From a virus (Duplodnaviria > Caudoviricetes), in the IMG/VR virus record IMGVR_UViG_3300017913_000476, positions 1-51,736 of that record: DNA of 51,736 bases; one strand, written 5' to 3'. The translations under genes were made by a program, and so were the position numbers. Of the stretch, positions 35,501 through 45,314 are shown one piece after another. Numbering within the stretch: position 1 is the first letter of the stretch; the number at the start of each line of letters is the position of its first letter. Below the pieces are notes generated by a model, which was given only the letters and a program-made list of their open reading frames with translations, was not told where the DNA came from and did no database searches.

Positions 35501-38500
35501 TCTCTTGCGCGATTTACAACAGAACGAATCCACTGACGCTGTGTGCCTGATGTAGGGGACTCATTTGTCTTTGCGCTGTTAACGATAGCGGCTTCTGCAC
35601 TACGCATAGCCTTGCTTTTTTTCATTTCGCCAGCGTCAATAGCATCCCTGTTCTCTTTGAAGAACTGGTTACTCATCCTTGCTACGCGACTGATGGTATT
35701 GAATGTATACTGTTCATCAGTTCCAAACAGTTCTGGGTCAAATTCAATGCCCTCTTCTGTCATGGCTTGACGCAAGTCGGTTATGTTCTTTTCAAAGGCT
35801 GGCTTACCCATAAGCGTACCAGTCATGCGACCCCATGTACGCATGAACCACTTATCGATTGTCACTGGGTCAAAGTTACCCATCAGGTTTTGATAAAAGC
35901 CCTGACCAATCTTAGGTCCAAACACAAACGAACCATATAGCTTGGCATCCATGTTCTCGCCACTGAGTGACACAGCGTCTGGACCTTTTGTATCTATGCC
36001 AGCTTGGTCTAGTGCTTCAATCAACTCACGCTTTGTATACTGACTAGCCAAGAAGTCAGCGAAGCGGAAGTTGCGACCCGGTGCATTGAAAGCCTTCATC
36101 AGCTTGTTAGCTGTCCTGAAGTTGGCCTTGATGGCACCAGCGGCCTCGCCCTCACCAAACTCAGGGAACCTACCGTTCTCTCTCCAGAACTCGTAAGCAC
36201 CAAGACCCAAAGCGGAGTTACGGTCAACGGTTATACCTTGGGATGTGATTGCTAGTGCTGTACTAAACGCAGAACGGTGTTCACTGTCCGACTTAATCTC
36301 TGGGTACATCTGTGCAACCGCATCGATTGCACGTTCAACGCTTCTCGTATACCAGTCTGATGCATTAGTGTCTGGATTGTTTTGCATAGCGGCAATAACT
36401 TCAGCCGCCATAATCTTAGATATTGACTCGTCAGTCTCAGGACTTGACTGAGTAATTGGCTTACCCAGAAGCGCAAGTGCCTTTCTGTGTAGCCCAAGGC
36501 CAACCTCAGGAACGAGTCGACCCTTAGGACGCTTTTTGCCATCACCCTGAACTTCAGTATCTCGTTCAGGAATGTCCACTGCAAACTCAGGGTTGTACAA
36601 GATGTCTAGTGCGGACAGTGCGCGTTCCCTGTCTGTAAGCCCAACAGAGTCAGCAATCCTGTCATTCTGCCTGTTTGGCTGTACCTGTGTCAGGTCAGGC
36701 ACACGGTCAAGGCGGATAGATGCCTCGCCAATGATGTCAAACTCGGCATCAACTATCATGCTATCATCGTTGAACAGGGAAAGCTGTTCTTCCATACGCC
36801 TTTGTGCGCGGTTAGCAACATCTTCCTGTGTTGCCTTCTTCTTGTTCTTGACCATGTATGAGATGGCACGGGTCTGGAGAATATCCTGTGAAAGTTCAGG
36901 AAACTCTTTCCCAAACATCTTCATCTTGGCAAGGCGATTGTATATTCTTTGCTTTTGATTTTGGGCTACAACGTCTGCCTTATTGTCTCTACTAGACTCG
37001 TTGCCAGCAAACTTAATGCCGTCAACCTTTCTCCCGTTAGCCTTTGCATCGTCAAGTGCTTTCCTAATGCCAGCGATGACAGAGCCATACAGCTTACTCA
37101 TACCCTCTCTATTGATTGGAACCTCAGACGCATCGTAGGAACCATCAACTTGGAAGTCGATGTTAAGTAAGGACACCATGCCACCCGGTTCACCAATACG
37201 AACAGCTTTTCCATCTATAAGGTTTGTTGTGTCAAAGATGTCATCAGAGTAGTCTGTTTCAATCCTTGATATAACATCCACATCCCTCTTAAATTTCCTT
37301 GTTTTCTTGTCAAGGTCTTTAAGGAATACGCTGTTCATTTGCTTGACTTGGTTGTCAAACGGAACATATGTCATCTCTATGTTCGTGCCAGTATCATCAC
37401 GATATATCAACTGGTCTAGCGCATCTTCTTTATTAACTTCCAAGGTTGTTGTCTTGGGGTCACCGTCAGTACCCAATCTAACCATAGTAAAGTTAACCTT
37501 GTTATCACCCCTTTCGTTTACCTCGGTGAGTGTCTCACCGATAACAAAGGCATGTTCTTCAAGGCCAGCGGCTAGTGTGGTATCGTTGGAGAAGTCGCCG
37601 TAATATTTAATTGGATGATACCCCAACTCCTCCATAAACTTAGATTTACTTTGGCTCATATTGTTTGCCGCATCCAGAAGTCTTTGGGGAATCTTACCCT
37701 TCAGTTCTGGCAAGTTCATATCCAGCATATTTTTTATGAACACTAAAGCATCAGTGTCTATACCACCGCCACGAAGTGCAGATACTGGTGGCGTGTCCAT
37801 TTCATACTCAATAGTACCAGAAACATCACCAGTGGACTCATTAAGAACCATACCGTCATCAGCCATCTGTGCTTGATAAGCGGCAAAGATATCTCTTTCA
37901 CTAGCCTCTTCTGCGGCTTGACGGAATGGTGCTTGTTCTCTTGGTGTCAGCTTGCGACCCTTGAGTTGTTGACCAGTCTTACCCTTGCCAGCACGGGCAA
38001 ACACATCCTGCGCGGTCTGGAAGCCCATGCCATTAAGAGAGTTCTTGAGGCGCGGCAGGAACTGGCTAACAAAATTAAAGTAGCCACCCATAGGGCCAGC
38101 CAATGGGTTAGCTTCACCAGCGGCTTGTGCCTTCTTGTAGTACTCATAGGTCATCGCCTGAAACTCAGACGGGCTTTTCATGATGCTGTCTGGAAGCTGA
38201 CCGTTTAGCGCAAGGTTATGGTATCCTTCACGACCATATTTCTTCCACAATCTCTTAACAGAACCCGGCAGTGCCTTGTAGTTAACCTTGCCGTCCTTAT
38301 CCAGCTTGTAAAAGGAGTCGAGAACCTTCTTATCTTTAGGACTTTCTGATGCGTAGAAGTCCTGAAGAACGTGAAATGCTTCGTGTGCCGCTGTACCACG
38401 GACACCTTCTACATTATCGCCCTGTAGTGCTAGTTCGATTACAGCCTTTGACTTGCCATCGACTGTGTCCTCATACATCTTAAAACCGTATGCATCATTA

Positions 38501-40599
38501 CGCTGTGTCAAACGGTCAAAGAAGCGGATGTCCACACCATTCTGTGCGCCTTGCCCACCCAGTGTATCTACGATTGCATCAGCCGCTAGGAACGCACCAA
38601 CAATCTCGTTAGATGTAACCTTCTTATTATTAAGAACCTGTGTCTTGATTGCGTTGGCCGCCCTTGCACCTTGGTCGCCACGCTTGGACATAGCATCAAG
38701 CCGTGCCATCAGGTAGTTTGTAGCACCTTCGTAGCGCGCCTCGGCCCGGTTGGTTGCTTCTTCATCCATTAACCCGTCAGGGGTCATTCTTGCAGAAGCC
38801 TCACCTCCACGAATTTTGAGTGCGTCAAGCAATCCACGGGTGACGATGGGGCCAATCTCCTTACGGAGTTGCTTGCCCTCTTCGGTGTCAGTCCTGCGTA
38901 CCATACGCGGCTGTGTGGCAACGTCAGTTTCCTGAACTGTGTCGGGCGTTGCGGTTAGCCTAATCTTACCATCTTCGTCAACGGCAGATGTTTTACGCAG
39001 AATGGGGTCTCCGACCTGTTGGTCTTGTTCCAGTGATGTTGTCGGGGATACATTCTTGTCAGAAAGGCGGCGGCGAATAAGCCTTGCCTTTGCTGGTATA
39101 GGTATATCCTTGGTGGTGATGTCAGAAAGGATGGGGTCGTTATCAGCATTCTGTTCCGCAAACTCAATGAGTTCACGGTTGTTCATGCGAGATACGTTTT
39201 GTTCAGCTTGAGAGACAGGGGTGGGTGCCAGAACGACATCAGACTCTTGTTCGTTCTGTATATTCTTTATGATTTGCTGTTCAAGTGCAGGGTCAGACAA
39301 TGCGATAAGAGGGTCTTCGCCACGTTCAATCGCCTTGCGAGTGACATCCATAACCATTGACTGGTTAGTTTGCCTTGCACGTTCATCGGGTGTAAGAGTA
39401 GGTTGTTCTGGCTGTGTTTGCAGGATGGGTTCCTGCTGACCAGTTAATACCTGTTGTTGTACATTGCCTTCCCGGTCAACAACTGGTTCAACTCTTTGGG
39501 GTTGTACAGGGGGCGTGTCAGGTTTTGCTTCAATCTGCGGCACGGCCTGTGGACCAGCTATAGCTTCTGCTTCTGGCTCACGACCAGCAACAAATCCTTC
39601 TGCCGCCGCTTTTAGGTCTGCGTCAGGGTCAGAACGGTCAACGCCAAAAACACCACTAGCCGTACCGACACCGCCACCGATAGCACCACCAGCCAGCGCG
39701 GCCTCCTTAATCCTATAAATACCTTCAGGACTTGTTAGGGCATCAGCAACGTCCTCGTAATTATTGGCCTGTGCTATAGTCAGGGCTTCTTGGAACGACT
39801 CTGTAAGTGCCTCCGCACCAGTGCCTTGAAGGCCTTTGCGAAGCATGTTGCCAGTAATTGTTCTGCCAGAACCCTTTGCAAAAAGAAGTTTTGACAAAAC
39901 TGTATTTGCGGCTGACTGAATTGTAGATGTGAGGAGAATATCAACCTGTTCATCAAAGGTAGGGTCTCTTCCTTGAACTTGCTTAAATTCGTCTACATTT
40001 CTACCAGCGAAAGCGAGAAGGGCCGCGCCTGTACCAGCGGCAATAGAGCCGATTCCTGCACCAATGGCTGTCCCAATACCGGGGGCAAACGCCGTACCTA
40101 CAGCCGCACCAGCCTTGCCCCCACCATAGAACGCGGCGGATACTGCGGCTAGTTCAGGCAGTGACTGGGCAAGGTAAGATGCACCAGAAGAAATTACATC
40201 CCCAATACCTTCTGCCTCTTGAATGGCTTGGATACCGGGCATGTCCGCAACAACATCTCGTTGCCGTTGTGCAAAGGCCTTTAGAGAATCCTCTGTATCG
40301 TCAGTGTTGTCACCGCCAATCATATCGGTGACCATAGCTATGCCTTCAGCAGACTGACCAACAAGATTTCTTCCACCCATCTCTATAAGGTCAGCGGCAC
40401 GACCAAAGAAGCCTTGTTCTTCCAACTCGCGTTGACGGCGGCGTTCCTCTTCGCGTTCAAGTTTTTGGGCGTAAGAGTTTTCTAGGTCTGCAACAGACTT
40501 GTTTGGATGATACTTGCTACGATACGCTTCGATAAGGACATCGTCTTCCTTATCATCGTACATAGGAAACTGCTGGCGCAGTGCATCAATAAATTCCAT
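32524..40599 (-). CDS. giant internal virion / large polyvalent protein (2691 aa), LPD38-like C-terminus
   Basis: Last of the internal-protein genes; HEAFH zincin motif; INYSRKG...PFLNARLQG C-terminal domain. Confidence 0.8.
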   Translation of the reverse strand: MEFIDALRQQFPMYDDKEDDVLIEAYRSKYHPNKSVADLENSYAQKLEREEERRRQRELEEQGFFGRAADLIEMGGRNLVGQSAEGIAMVTDMIGGDNTDDTEDSLKAFAQRQRDVVADMPGIQAIQEAEGIGDVISSGASYLAQSLPELAAVSAAFYGGGKAGAAVGTAFAPGIGTAIGAGIGSIAAGTGAALLAFAGRNVDEFKQVQGRDPTFDEQVDILLTSTIQSAANTVLSKLLFAKGSGRTITGNMLRKGLQGTGAEALTESFQEALTIAQANNYEDVADALTSPEGIYRIKEAALAGGAIGGGVGTASGVFGVDRSDPDADLKAAAEGFVAGREPEAEAIAGPQAVPQIEAKPDTPPVQPQRVEPVVDREGNVQQQVLTGQQEPILQTQPEQPTLTPDERARQTNQSMVMDVTRKAIERGEDPLIALSDPALEQQIIKNIQNEQESDVVLAPTPVSQAEQNVSRMNNRELIEFAEQNADNDPILSDITTKDIPIPAKARLIRRRLSDKNVSPTTSLEQDQQVGDPILRKTSAVDEDGKIRLTATPDTVQETDVATQPRMVRRTDTEEGKQLRKEIGPIVTRGLLDALKIRGGEASARMTPDGLMDEEATNRAEARYEGATNYLMARLDAMSKRGDQGARAANAIKTQVLNNKKVTSNEIVGAFLAADAIVDTLGGQGAQNGVDIRFFDRLTQRNDAYGFKMYEDTVDGKSKAVIELALQGDNVEGVRGTAAHEAFHVLQDFYASESPKDKKVLDSFYKLDKDGKVNYKALPGSVKRLWKKYGREGYHNLALNGQLPDSIMKSPSEFQAMTYEYYKKAQAAGEANPLAGPMGGYFNFVSQFLPRLKNSLNGMGFQTAQDVFARAGKGKTGQQLKGRKLTPREQAPFRQAAEEASERDIFAAYQAQMADDGMVLNESTGDVSGTIEYEMDTPPVSALRGGGIDTDALVFIKNMLDMNLPELKGKIPQRLLDAANNMSQSKSKFMEELGYHPIKYYGDFSNDTTLAAGLEEHAFVIGETLTEVNERGDNKVNFTMVRLGTDGDPKTTTLEVNKEDALDQLIYRDDTGTNIEMTYVPFDNQVKQMNSVFLKDLDKKTRKFKRDVDVISRIETDYSDDIFDTTNLIDGKAVRIGEPGGMVSLLNIDFQVDGSYDASEVPINREGMSKLYGSVIAGIRKALDDAKANGRKVDGIKFAGNESSRDNKADVVAQNQKQRIYNRLAKMKMFGKEFPELSQDILQTRAISYMVKNKKKATQEDVANRAQRRMEEQLSLFNDDSMIVDAEFDIIGEASIRLDRVPDLTQVQPNRQNDRIADSVGLTDRERALSALDILYNPEFAVDIPERDTEVQGDGKKRPKGRLVPEVGLGLHRKALALLGKPITQSSPETDESISKIMAAEVIAAMQNNPDTNASDWYTRSVERAIDAVAQMYPEIKSDSEHRSAFSTALAITSQGITVDRNSALGLGAYEFWRENGRFPEFGEGEAAGAIKANFRTANKLMKAFNAPGRNFRFADFLASQYTKRELIEALDQAGIDTKGPDAVSLSGENMDAKLYGSFVFGPKIGQGFYQNLMGNFDPVTIDKWFMRTWGRMTGTLMGKPAFEKNITDLRQAMTEEGIEFDPELFGTDEQYTFNTISRVARMSNQFFKENRDAIDAGEMKKSKAMRSAEAAIVNSAKTNESPTSGTQRQWIRSVVNRAREILQEQGIDITSADLQAIIWYPEKDLYDKVMKMGDGAERLNQSYEDSYGELINGETGIRSVDGGRRFNSVRESIRQADRQSRQGTGRTGGQEASIRLGRDYRTTEGMKRVLADPARDNAGRKFFNVLRPFTTKEGRKQQFNRFIDSAVHGLRPLGERERRLSKIKYGVARYLPFAEGAMKISEFAQQRSGRMQQFIEHGPPVLGAEGEITIDNSIGGLRTIFEPIGTGEKYAKFQMYVYAQRARRLKAEGRENLMSEADIQEGLSYGAQNPEFERVFNNYKAFNDKVMQFMVDTGAIDAQTKRKLTGTADYVPFYRIIEDELYTEGFFGQLKTAKKGTYGTTSAFDNPDAQIKSAISELKGGDQNIGDLYENVYKNVNALVNAGYQNLATQRIVSLTEDMKRNGMYDEVDQPKHITSSEAVNNNNHITYRKNGKTMFYDVGSDGELLQAMRSFTPVQMQGIFAGMQGMGRFFRSAITMTPPFMIANFLRGDMAGYVTVDAPLRPMVDSAIGLKNALKDTETVQEMKTLAGFGGYSFGDNKDFSKKMKRFYRRHQGYDIIDSDRKLEAMMQYALDKGANLIDAVNTGGEATENATREGIYRRLRDSGMSKADAAYEALNLINYSRKGNPNDALGMTLATLVPLVPFLNARLQGLYRTGAAFGVEADAKSTIRKGMGMFALSMAYYAAASQHDEWDKEPIHRKLNYYIFYIGDKKFLLPKPFEIGAIFSTIPELIIDGIRKKDGEYVAEGVTQTLLNTFSFNPIPQAIKPIIEVGTNYDFFRGREVESMGVRGLPTGQRAYSNTSEFAKMIGQISKYVGISPIEVEQLINGYIGSMGSYLYAGMDSILGMFGTVPEKPAGIFGDSLPADFANFLGLQRFVKPQDVDPANQYMTDFYEMKREADEVVRGINRLREEGNYEEARDLERDNMNLVSVRSQLNAKYEILNTINDQISGVRSSGRTPTEKRTLINRLIKQRNRVVADMGRLKKRIRRDG

Positions 40600-40611
40600 T
40601 TCAAAGTCCTA

Positions 40612-42552
40612 TTAGTTAAGGCCTAATGGGTCAGCGTCAGCGGCATCTCCACCAGTCAAGCCAAGCAGTCCTCTGTGGTAAGCAAGGTATTGTGCAGAAG
40701 AGTACCTCTCTCCATCCGCTGGTTCTACACCCGGAATCGGGGTCTGCCTATCAATGTCCTTGACGGCAAGCGCACGGGCAGTGGCCTCAAGTGTCCTATT
40801 GTAAGAGTCGCTACCCTTGCCAGTACCAAGGATAAAGTTTTTAATGTCTTGGTCATCAAGGCCAAGTTCATCTTTCATGCCAATGATGCGGTCAAGGTAA
40901 GCAACAGAAGCAGGGTCTTTGTTGGCTGTAATCTCAGCGATGCGGATTCTCTCCTGTTCGTTTTGATTAGAGAGATAGCTGTTGAGTGACTGCAACTCCA
41001 GACCCTTAATCTTAATCTGGTTGCCTTCGCCTACACGAACATCAGACTGATTGGCGATATCTGTTCTATTTTCAAGTTGCGCCTCTGTAGTGGCAACTGT
41101 AGTAGCGCGGTTAGCATCACCCTCCGCCTGCTTTGCGGCAATATTTGAACCAGCAATCGCTTCGCCAGATTTAATCTGGCTGTCGCCCTGTGCAATTCTT
41201 GCGATAGTCTCAGCCGCCCCAATGTTCTGACCGCGTTCTGTGAGTGCAAGGCCAGTACCCTTGAGGCTAAAGTCCTTATCCTGTGCGCCAGCGGCGATGA
41301 TTCCCTGACGGTCTTCCATGCGACCACCAAGAATTGTATTGAGTGCGTTCACATCTCCAGCATCAATAGCGTTTGATGCATCCACAATGCGACCCTTTAG
41401 GTCAGCACGGGTCTTGGCGAGGTTAACAGTAGCTGTGTATTTCTTAAGGACATTATCCTTTGCTTCTTTGTTAAGGGTTTCCCAAGTAGCAACACCCGTT
41501 TTACCAGCCTTTCCAAGTGCTTGCATAAAGTTGGCCTCAGGACTTGACAACAGGTCAAGGCCCATGTCAGTCATGGCTTTGAAGAACCTGTTCTCAGGTG
41601 TGGTGGAGTTCTTATCATACACCTTTGCTAGGTCTTCCATAGCTTGTGTCACGCCGTCAAACTCAGTTTCAAGGCTCTTGAGGCGTTCACGTTGATTGGC
41701 GGATAGTGCCTCTTGCGCCTTGGCGATAGATACTCTGTCAGCCTCATTTGCCTCAAACACTTCCTTAAACAGGGATGTTTGAGTTTGACCAGTGTCTGTT
41801 GGGATAACACTACTCCTCATTTCATTCTCTAAAACAGATGTGTCTGTGTCAGGGCTTGTGTTTGGTCTTGCAACTTTTGTTGACTTGATACCAGACTTAT
41901 CAATATCTGGTGCTTCTACCTTGTTGTCATCGCCTGACTTAATACCAGCCTTTGTAGTAGCGAGGTCATCATCAAAAGCACCGTATGCGTCATCAACAAC
42001 TTGCTTGGTTGTTGGTGGTCCAGAATCAATGTTAGTCATCGCAGTATCGTCCATTGCAATCTGTTCTGCTGGGGACAAAGCGGTTTGATTAGATGCTGAC
42101 GAGTTATTGGTTGATGCAAGCAACATCTTTGCAGACGGCAGGCCTTCAAGTCCCTTGTAATCTCCCGGAATATAGGGAAGGTTCTTCCTTAGTCCACTCA
42201 AGTCCATGTTGGACATGTCCATGCTTGGTGTTCGGTCAACACCATCTTGCATGTAAGGACGCATCCTAGCCAGTGCAGACAATGGCTGACCACCGATACG
42301 CATACCCGCTGGACGCTGTTGCATCTGCCCTTGAGGTGGCATCTGTTGCGGTGCTTGTTGCATTACAGACTGTTGTTGCATGCCTGCCGCTTTGCGCTGT
42401 TCAGCTTGTGCGGCCTGACGCATTGCCTGACGGCGGTTAATCTCAGCTACGATGAACTGCGATGGGATTTTGTCAGGACGCTTCAGCATAGCCATAAGCT
42501 GTTCGTCTGATGCGCCTTGCAGTACTTTGGTATATTGTGCTGGATTAATCAT
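40612..42552 (-). CDS. internal virion (ejection) protein
   Basis: Ala/Gln-rich helical protein; position before the giant protein. Confidence 0.65.
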   Translation of the reverse strand: MINPAQYTKVLQGASDEQLMAMLKRPDKIPSQFIVAEINRRQAMRQAAQAEQRKAAGMQQQSVMQQAPQQMPPQGQMQQRPAGMRIGGQPLSALARMRPYMQDGVDRTPSMDMSNMDLSGLRKNLPYIPGDYKGLEGLPSAKMLLASTNNSSASNQTALSPAEQIAMDDTAMTNIDSGPPTTKQVVDDAYGAFDDDLATTKAGIKSGDDNKVEAPDIDKSGIKSTKVARPNTSPDTDTSVLENEMRSSVIPTDTGQTQTSLFKEVFEANEADRVSIAKAQEALSANQRERLKSLETEFDGVTQAMEDLAKVYDKNSTTPENRFFKAMTDMGLDLLSSPEANFMQALGKAGKTGVATWETLNKEAKDNVLKKYTATVNLAKTRADLKGRIVDASNAIDAGDVNALNTILGGRMEDRQGIIAAGAQDKDFSLKGTGLALTERGQNIGAAETIARIAQGDSQIKSGEAIAGSNIAAKQAEGDANRATTVATTEAQLENRTDIANQSDVRVGEGNQIKIKGLELQSLNSYLSNQNEQERIRIAEITANKDPASVAYLDRIIGMKDELGLDDQDIKNFILGTGKGSDSYNRTLEATARALAVKDIDRQTPIPGVEPADGERYSSAQYLAYHRGLLGLTGGDAADADPLGLN

Positions 42553-42560
42553 GTCGTTCT

Positions 42561-43547
42561 CTACTGTCCGAATAGGTTGCCCATTGAGAAACCGCCAGCA
42601 CCAAAACCGCCGCCCTGTCCGTAGATGCCGAGGCCAGTTAGACCAAGACCTACGGCGGACTGGAATGGGGATGGGGTAGGCTGTGTCATGGTGGTGATTG
42701 TACCCATAGGCGCACCTTGAAGTAGGTCAGCCATGAAGCCAATCTGTTGGTAAGGATATGCTTGTTGCTGTTGGAAGTCAGAGTACGCAAGGTCGAGTCC
42801 TGCTTGACCAAGGTTCTGTTGCTGACCACCAATCTGCATCAGGGCGTTTGCTTGGTCGAAGGTTAGACCCTGACCTTGGTTTGCTAGAGAGGCAATGCCC
42901 TGTGCCGCACCAAGTGCTTGCTGTGTGTTAAGCTGGCTTTCTTGTAGACCAGCCCGTTGGTTTGCAAGTTGACCCTGCATATCAAGGGTCGCATCAGTCT
43001 TGTACGCTTGCTGTGCCGCGCCGTATGCTTTAGCAAGCTGGTCTGCTTCCATAGCGGCAAGACGGTCCTGCATGTTTGACCGTGCTTCGGCGTTCTCTAC
43101 AAATCTACGAGAGTTGTCACCAAAGGCACCAGCCGCAACCTGATTAGCGGCACGTTTCTGAGACGCAATGTCCTCTGCATCAAACGCACGTTGCCTCGCC
43201 ACATCCAAGACACGTTCTGTGTATGGGTTCATATAGTCTTGGGCTGTCTGCGAGTCGAATTTTGACGCTTGTACTTGCTGTGCTTGCGCTGGGGAAAGCG
43301 ACTTAATGCCAGCCATAGCGGCTTGTAGGTCAGCTTGACCCTGACCCGCTTGGTTTCTAATCTGTTGGAACGCATCAAGTTGGTCTTGACTGAACCCTTC
43401 GATACGCTGACCGCCGTACTGTTGATATGGTTGCTTGACTAACTGTGACGCTTTATCAAGGTTTTCCTTGAGTGGCGTTTTGATATAGTCAGGTATATCC
43501 ATAGTTTGTGTGGTGGATTTGCTTCCAGACTTACAAAATGAACCCAT
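42561..43547 (-). CDS. DNA ejection/transfer protein
   Basis: Gln/Ala-rich, AGAFG.SR, Gly-rich hydrophobic C-terminus. Confidence 0.7.
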   Translation of the reverse strand: MGSFCKSGSKSTTQTMDIPDYIKTPLKENLDKASQLVKQPYQQYGGQRIEGFSQDQLDAFQQIRNQAGQGQADLQAAMAGIKSLSPAQAQQVQASKFDSQTAQDYMNPYTERVLDVARQRAFDAEDIASQKRAANQVAAGAFGDNSRRFVENAEARSNMQDRLAAMEADQLAKAYGAAQQAYKTDATLDMQGQLANQRAGLQESQLNTQQALGAAQGIASLANQGQGLTFDQANALMQIGGQQQNLGQAGLDLAYSDFQQQQAYPYQQIGFMADLLQGAPMGTITTMTQPTPSPFQSAVGLGLTGLGIYGQGGGFGAGGFSMGNLFGQ

Positions 43548-43550
43548 TAT

Positions 43551-44012
43551 TTATCTCCACAAGAAGTGACTTGTTTCCCCTGTTATTACTGTTACACCAA
43601 GTTCTTTTCCAAAAGTCTTGTAAAGCCTTGATTTTGCTTTGGTATCTATTACTCCAAAGTTAGCTATGACAAGCGGGATACCAGCCTTCTTTGCCATATC
43701 TCTTGCGGCATCTACCAGCTTGAAGATTGCCTTTGTCTTCCTCGCCTCTGGTGCTACATATGTAAACTGGTCAAACAACCCAAAGTCGTCAGACCACCAG
43801 AAACGGTCAGGGCGTAATCCCAAGACTGCCTTTGGCACTCCTTGTACCTCTGCAATCAGTATACACCCTAACTCACGGCAGTGCCGTATTGCTTTGTTTA
43901 CCCTGTCTTTATTCAGGGAACCCAAACCAGATTCTTTATGCATGTCTATCAGCAAAGATAAGACAACCTCATCATCACGCTCGCTGGCGTTCCTCAGATT
44001 TAACTCTGTCAC
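43551..44012 (-). CDS. GNAT-fold acetyltransferase-like protein
   Basis: LR.A...D, TYVAPEARK, LY..FG pattern. Confidence 0.65.
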   Translation of the reverse strand: MTELNLRNASERDDEVVLSLLIDMHKESGLGSLNKDRVNKAIRHCRELGCILIAEVQGVPKAVLGLRPDRFWWSDDFGLFDQFTYVAPEARKTKAIFKLVDAARDMAKKAGIPLVIANFGVIDTKAKSRLYKTFGKELGVTVITGETSHFLWR

Positions 44013-45069
44013 TGTATTTCCTTAGTGCCTTCATACGCTTCTTCTCAAGAACCTTGATACCCCTCTCGTAACTGCCGTTACCTTCGTCAAGCACACGCTC
44101 GTAAGGTTCTACATACTCTTGACTTGATAGCATAAATGGACCCACTAAGTCATCTTTGGGTCCGCCAGCACCTTTAATCTCACCGTGTGGTCCACGGGGG
44201 ATTCCATCCTTTGCCTTAATTATACCGGGCATCTCGTTAAAGAACTTATATTCACCACCAACCTGACCGTAGTTACTTAAGTCAGCAGGGAACTGTGTGT
44301 TTCGTACAAACTCAGTACCCATTGTCTGGTTAGTGGCTGATGTTGCAACTGGCTCGCACGCATTGGTGGCTGAGTTGAACTTAAATCCTGACGGACATGG
44401 GTCTAGTGGTGTCTGAGGTCTTTGCTGTTGATTGTTGTCATCACCACCATCGTTCTTGGGCGGGTTAACCAGTTCGGAAAAGGGACCATCGTAGTCTGGG
44501 TTTTGAGTTCCAGAGTATGTGGTAAAACCACTCTTACCCACATTGAGAGTTCCGCTACCAGTGTCGATTGACAGGCTGAGTCCGTCATCGCCGAGCGTCA
44601 CAGCATTTGGATTTGCCTCTGCATAGTTAAGAATGTTGTCGATGTTAGGTCTGGCTGGTTTGCTATCCATAAGCCCCATAGCCTTGAGTCCCATGCTGAC
44701 TGGACCCATACCCATGATACTCTTAATGCCACTGCCTATCTTTGAACCAACAGAGTTGACACGGTTCTCCATGAACTTGTCATAGTTCTCCATAGAACCA
44801 AAGATGTTATCCACACCGGGCAACATGCTTTTATTATTGTTGCCGCTAAACGGAGTGTTATTATTATTGTTATTATTATCATTGTTGCCAATTACTACAT
44901 TAGAGTAGTTTTCCGGCAGGCTTCTTGCCCTGTCTTCGCTTCTCAGGGCTGTGGTAACATCGCCGCCGTCATAATCAGCGCGACCTCTTGGACCTCCACG
45001 GGCTTCATTTTGTGCCGCAAAGTTTTCTGCCGCTTCAGCGGTGCTTGATGGTGAAGAACCCCTACACAT
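43975..45069 (-). CDS. virion protein (Asn/Gly-rich)
   Basis: C-terminal GAGGPKDDLV..MLS..EYV motif. Confidence 0.65.
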   Translation of the reverse strand: MCRGSSPSSTAEAAENFAAQNEARGGPRGRADYDGGDVTTALRSEDRARSLPENYSNVVIGNNDNNNNNNNTPFSGNNNKSMLPGVDNIFGSMENYDKFMENRVNSVGSKIGSGIKSIMGMGPVSMGLKAMGLMDSKPARPNIDNILNYAEANPNAVTLGDDGLSLSIDTGSGTLNVGKSGFTTYSGTQNPDYDGPFSELVNPPKNDGGDDNNQQQRPQTPLDPCPSGFKFNSATNACEPVATSATNQTMGTEFVRNTQFPADLSNYGQVGGEYKFFNEMPGIIKAKDGIPRGPHGEIKGAGGPKDDLVGPFMLSSQEYVEPYERVLDEGNGSYERGIKVLEKKRMKALRKYSDRVKSEERQRA

Positions 45070-45314
45070 TACGCTAATATCCCTTTGTTTCTTAGTGCCT
45101 CTATGACTGTTCCTAAAACATTACGCACATCGTCAAGCGTTGCCGTGTCTGTGTCCAAGTCCTTGTCAATGGTTAGGTTGGTTACTGCAAAGCTAACGTC
45201 AGGGTCTCCTGTGTTAGCCGCTTGATTAATTCTTTCAATCTCGTTCTCAAGTTCATCGATGAGAACATCGCCCCAATATTTAAGGTCTTCACCGGGTCGC
45301 GGAAGCGTTGCCAT
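45069..45314 (-). CDS. small tail-associated protein
   Basis: Coupled to the nozzle gene. Confidence 0.65.
   Translation of the reverse strand: MATLPRPGEDLKYWGDVLIDELENEIERINQAANTGDPDVSFAVTNLTIDKDLDTDTATLDDVRNVLGTVIEALRNKGILA

Noticed and set aside
44858-44887. (TTA)n microsatellite
   Set aside because: It encodes an in-frame Asn run in a low-complexity virion protein; no sign of phase variation
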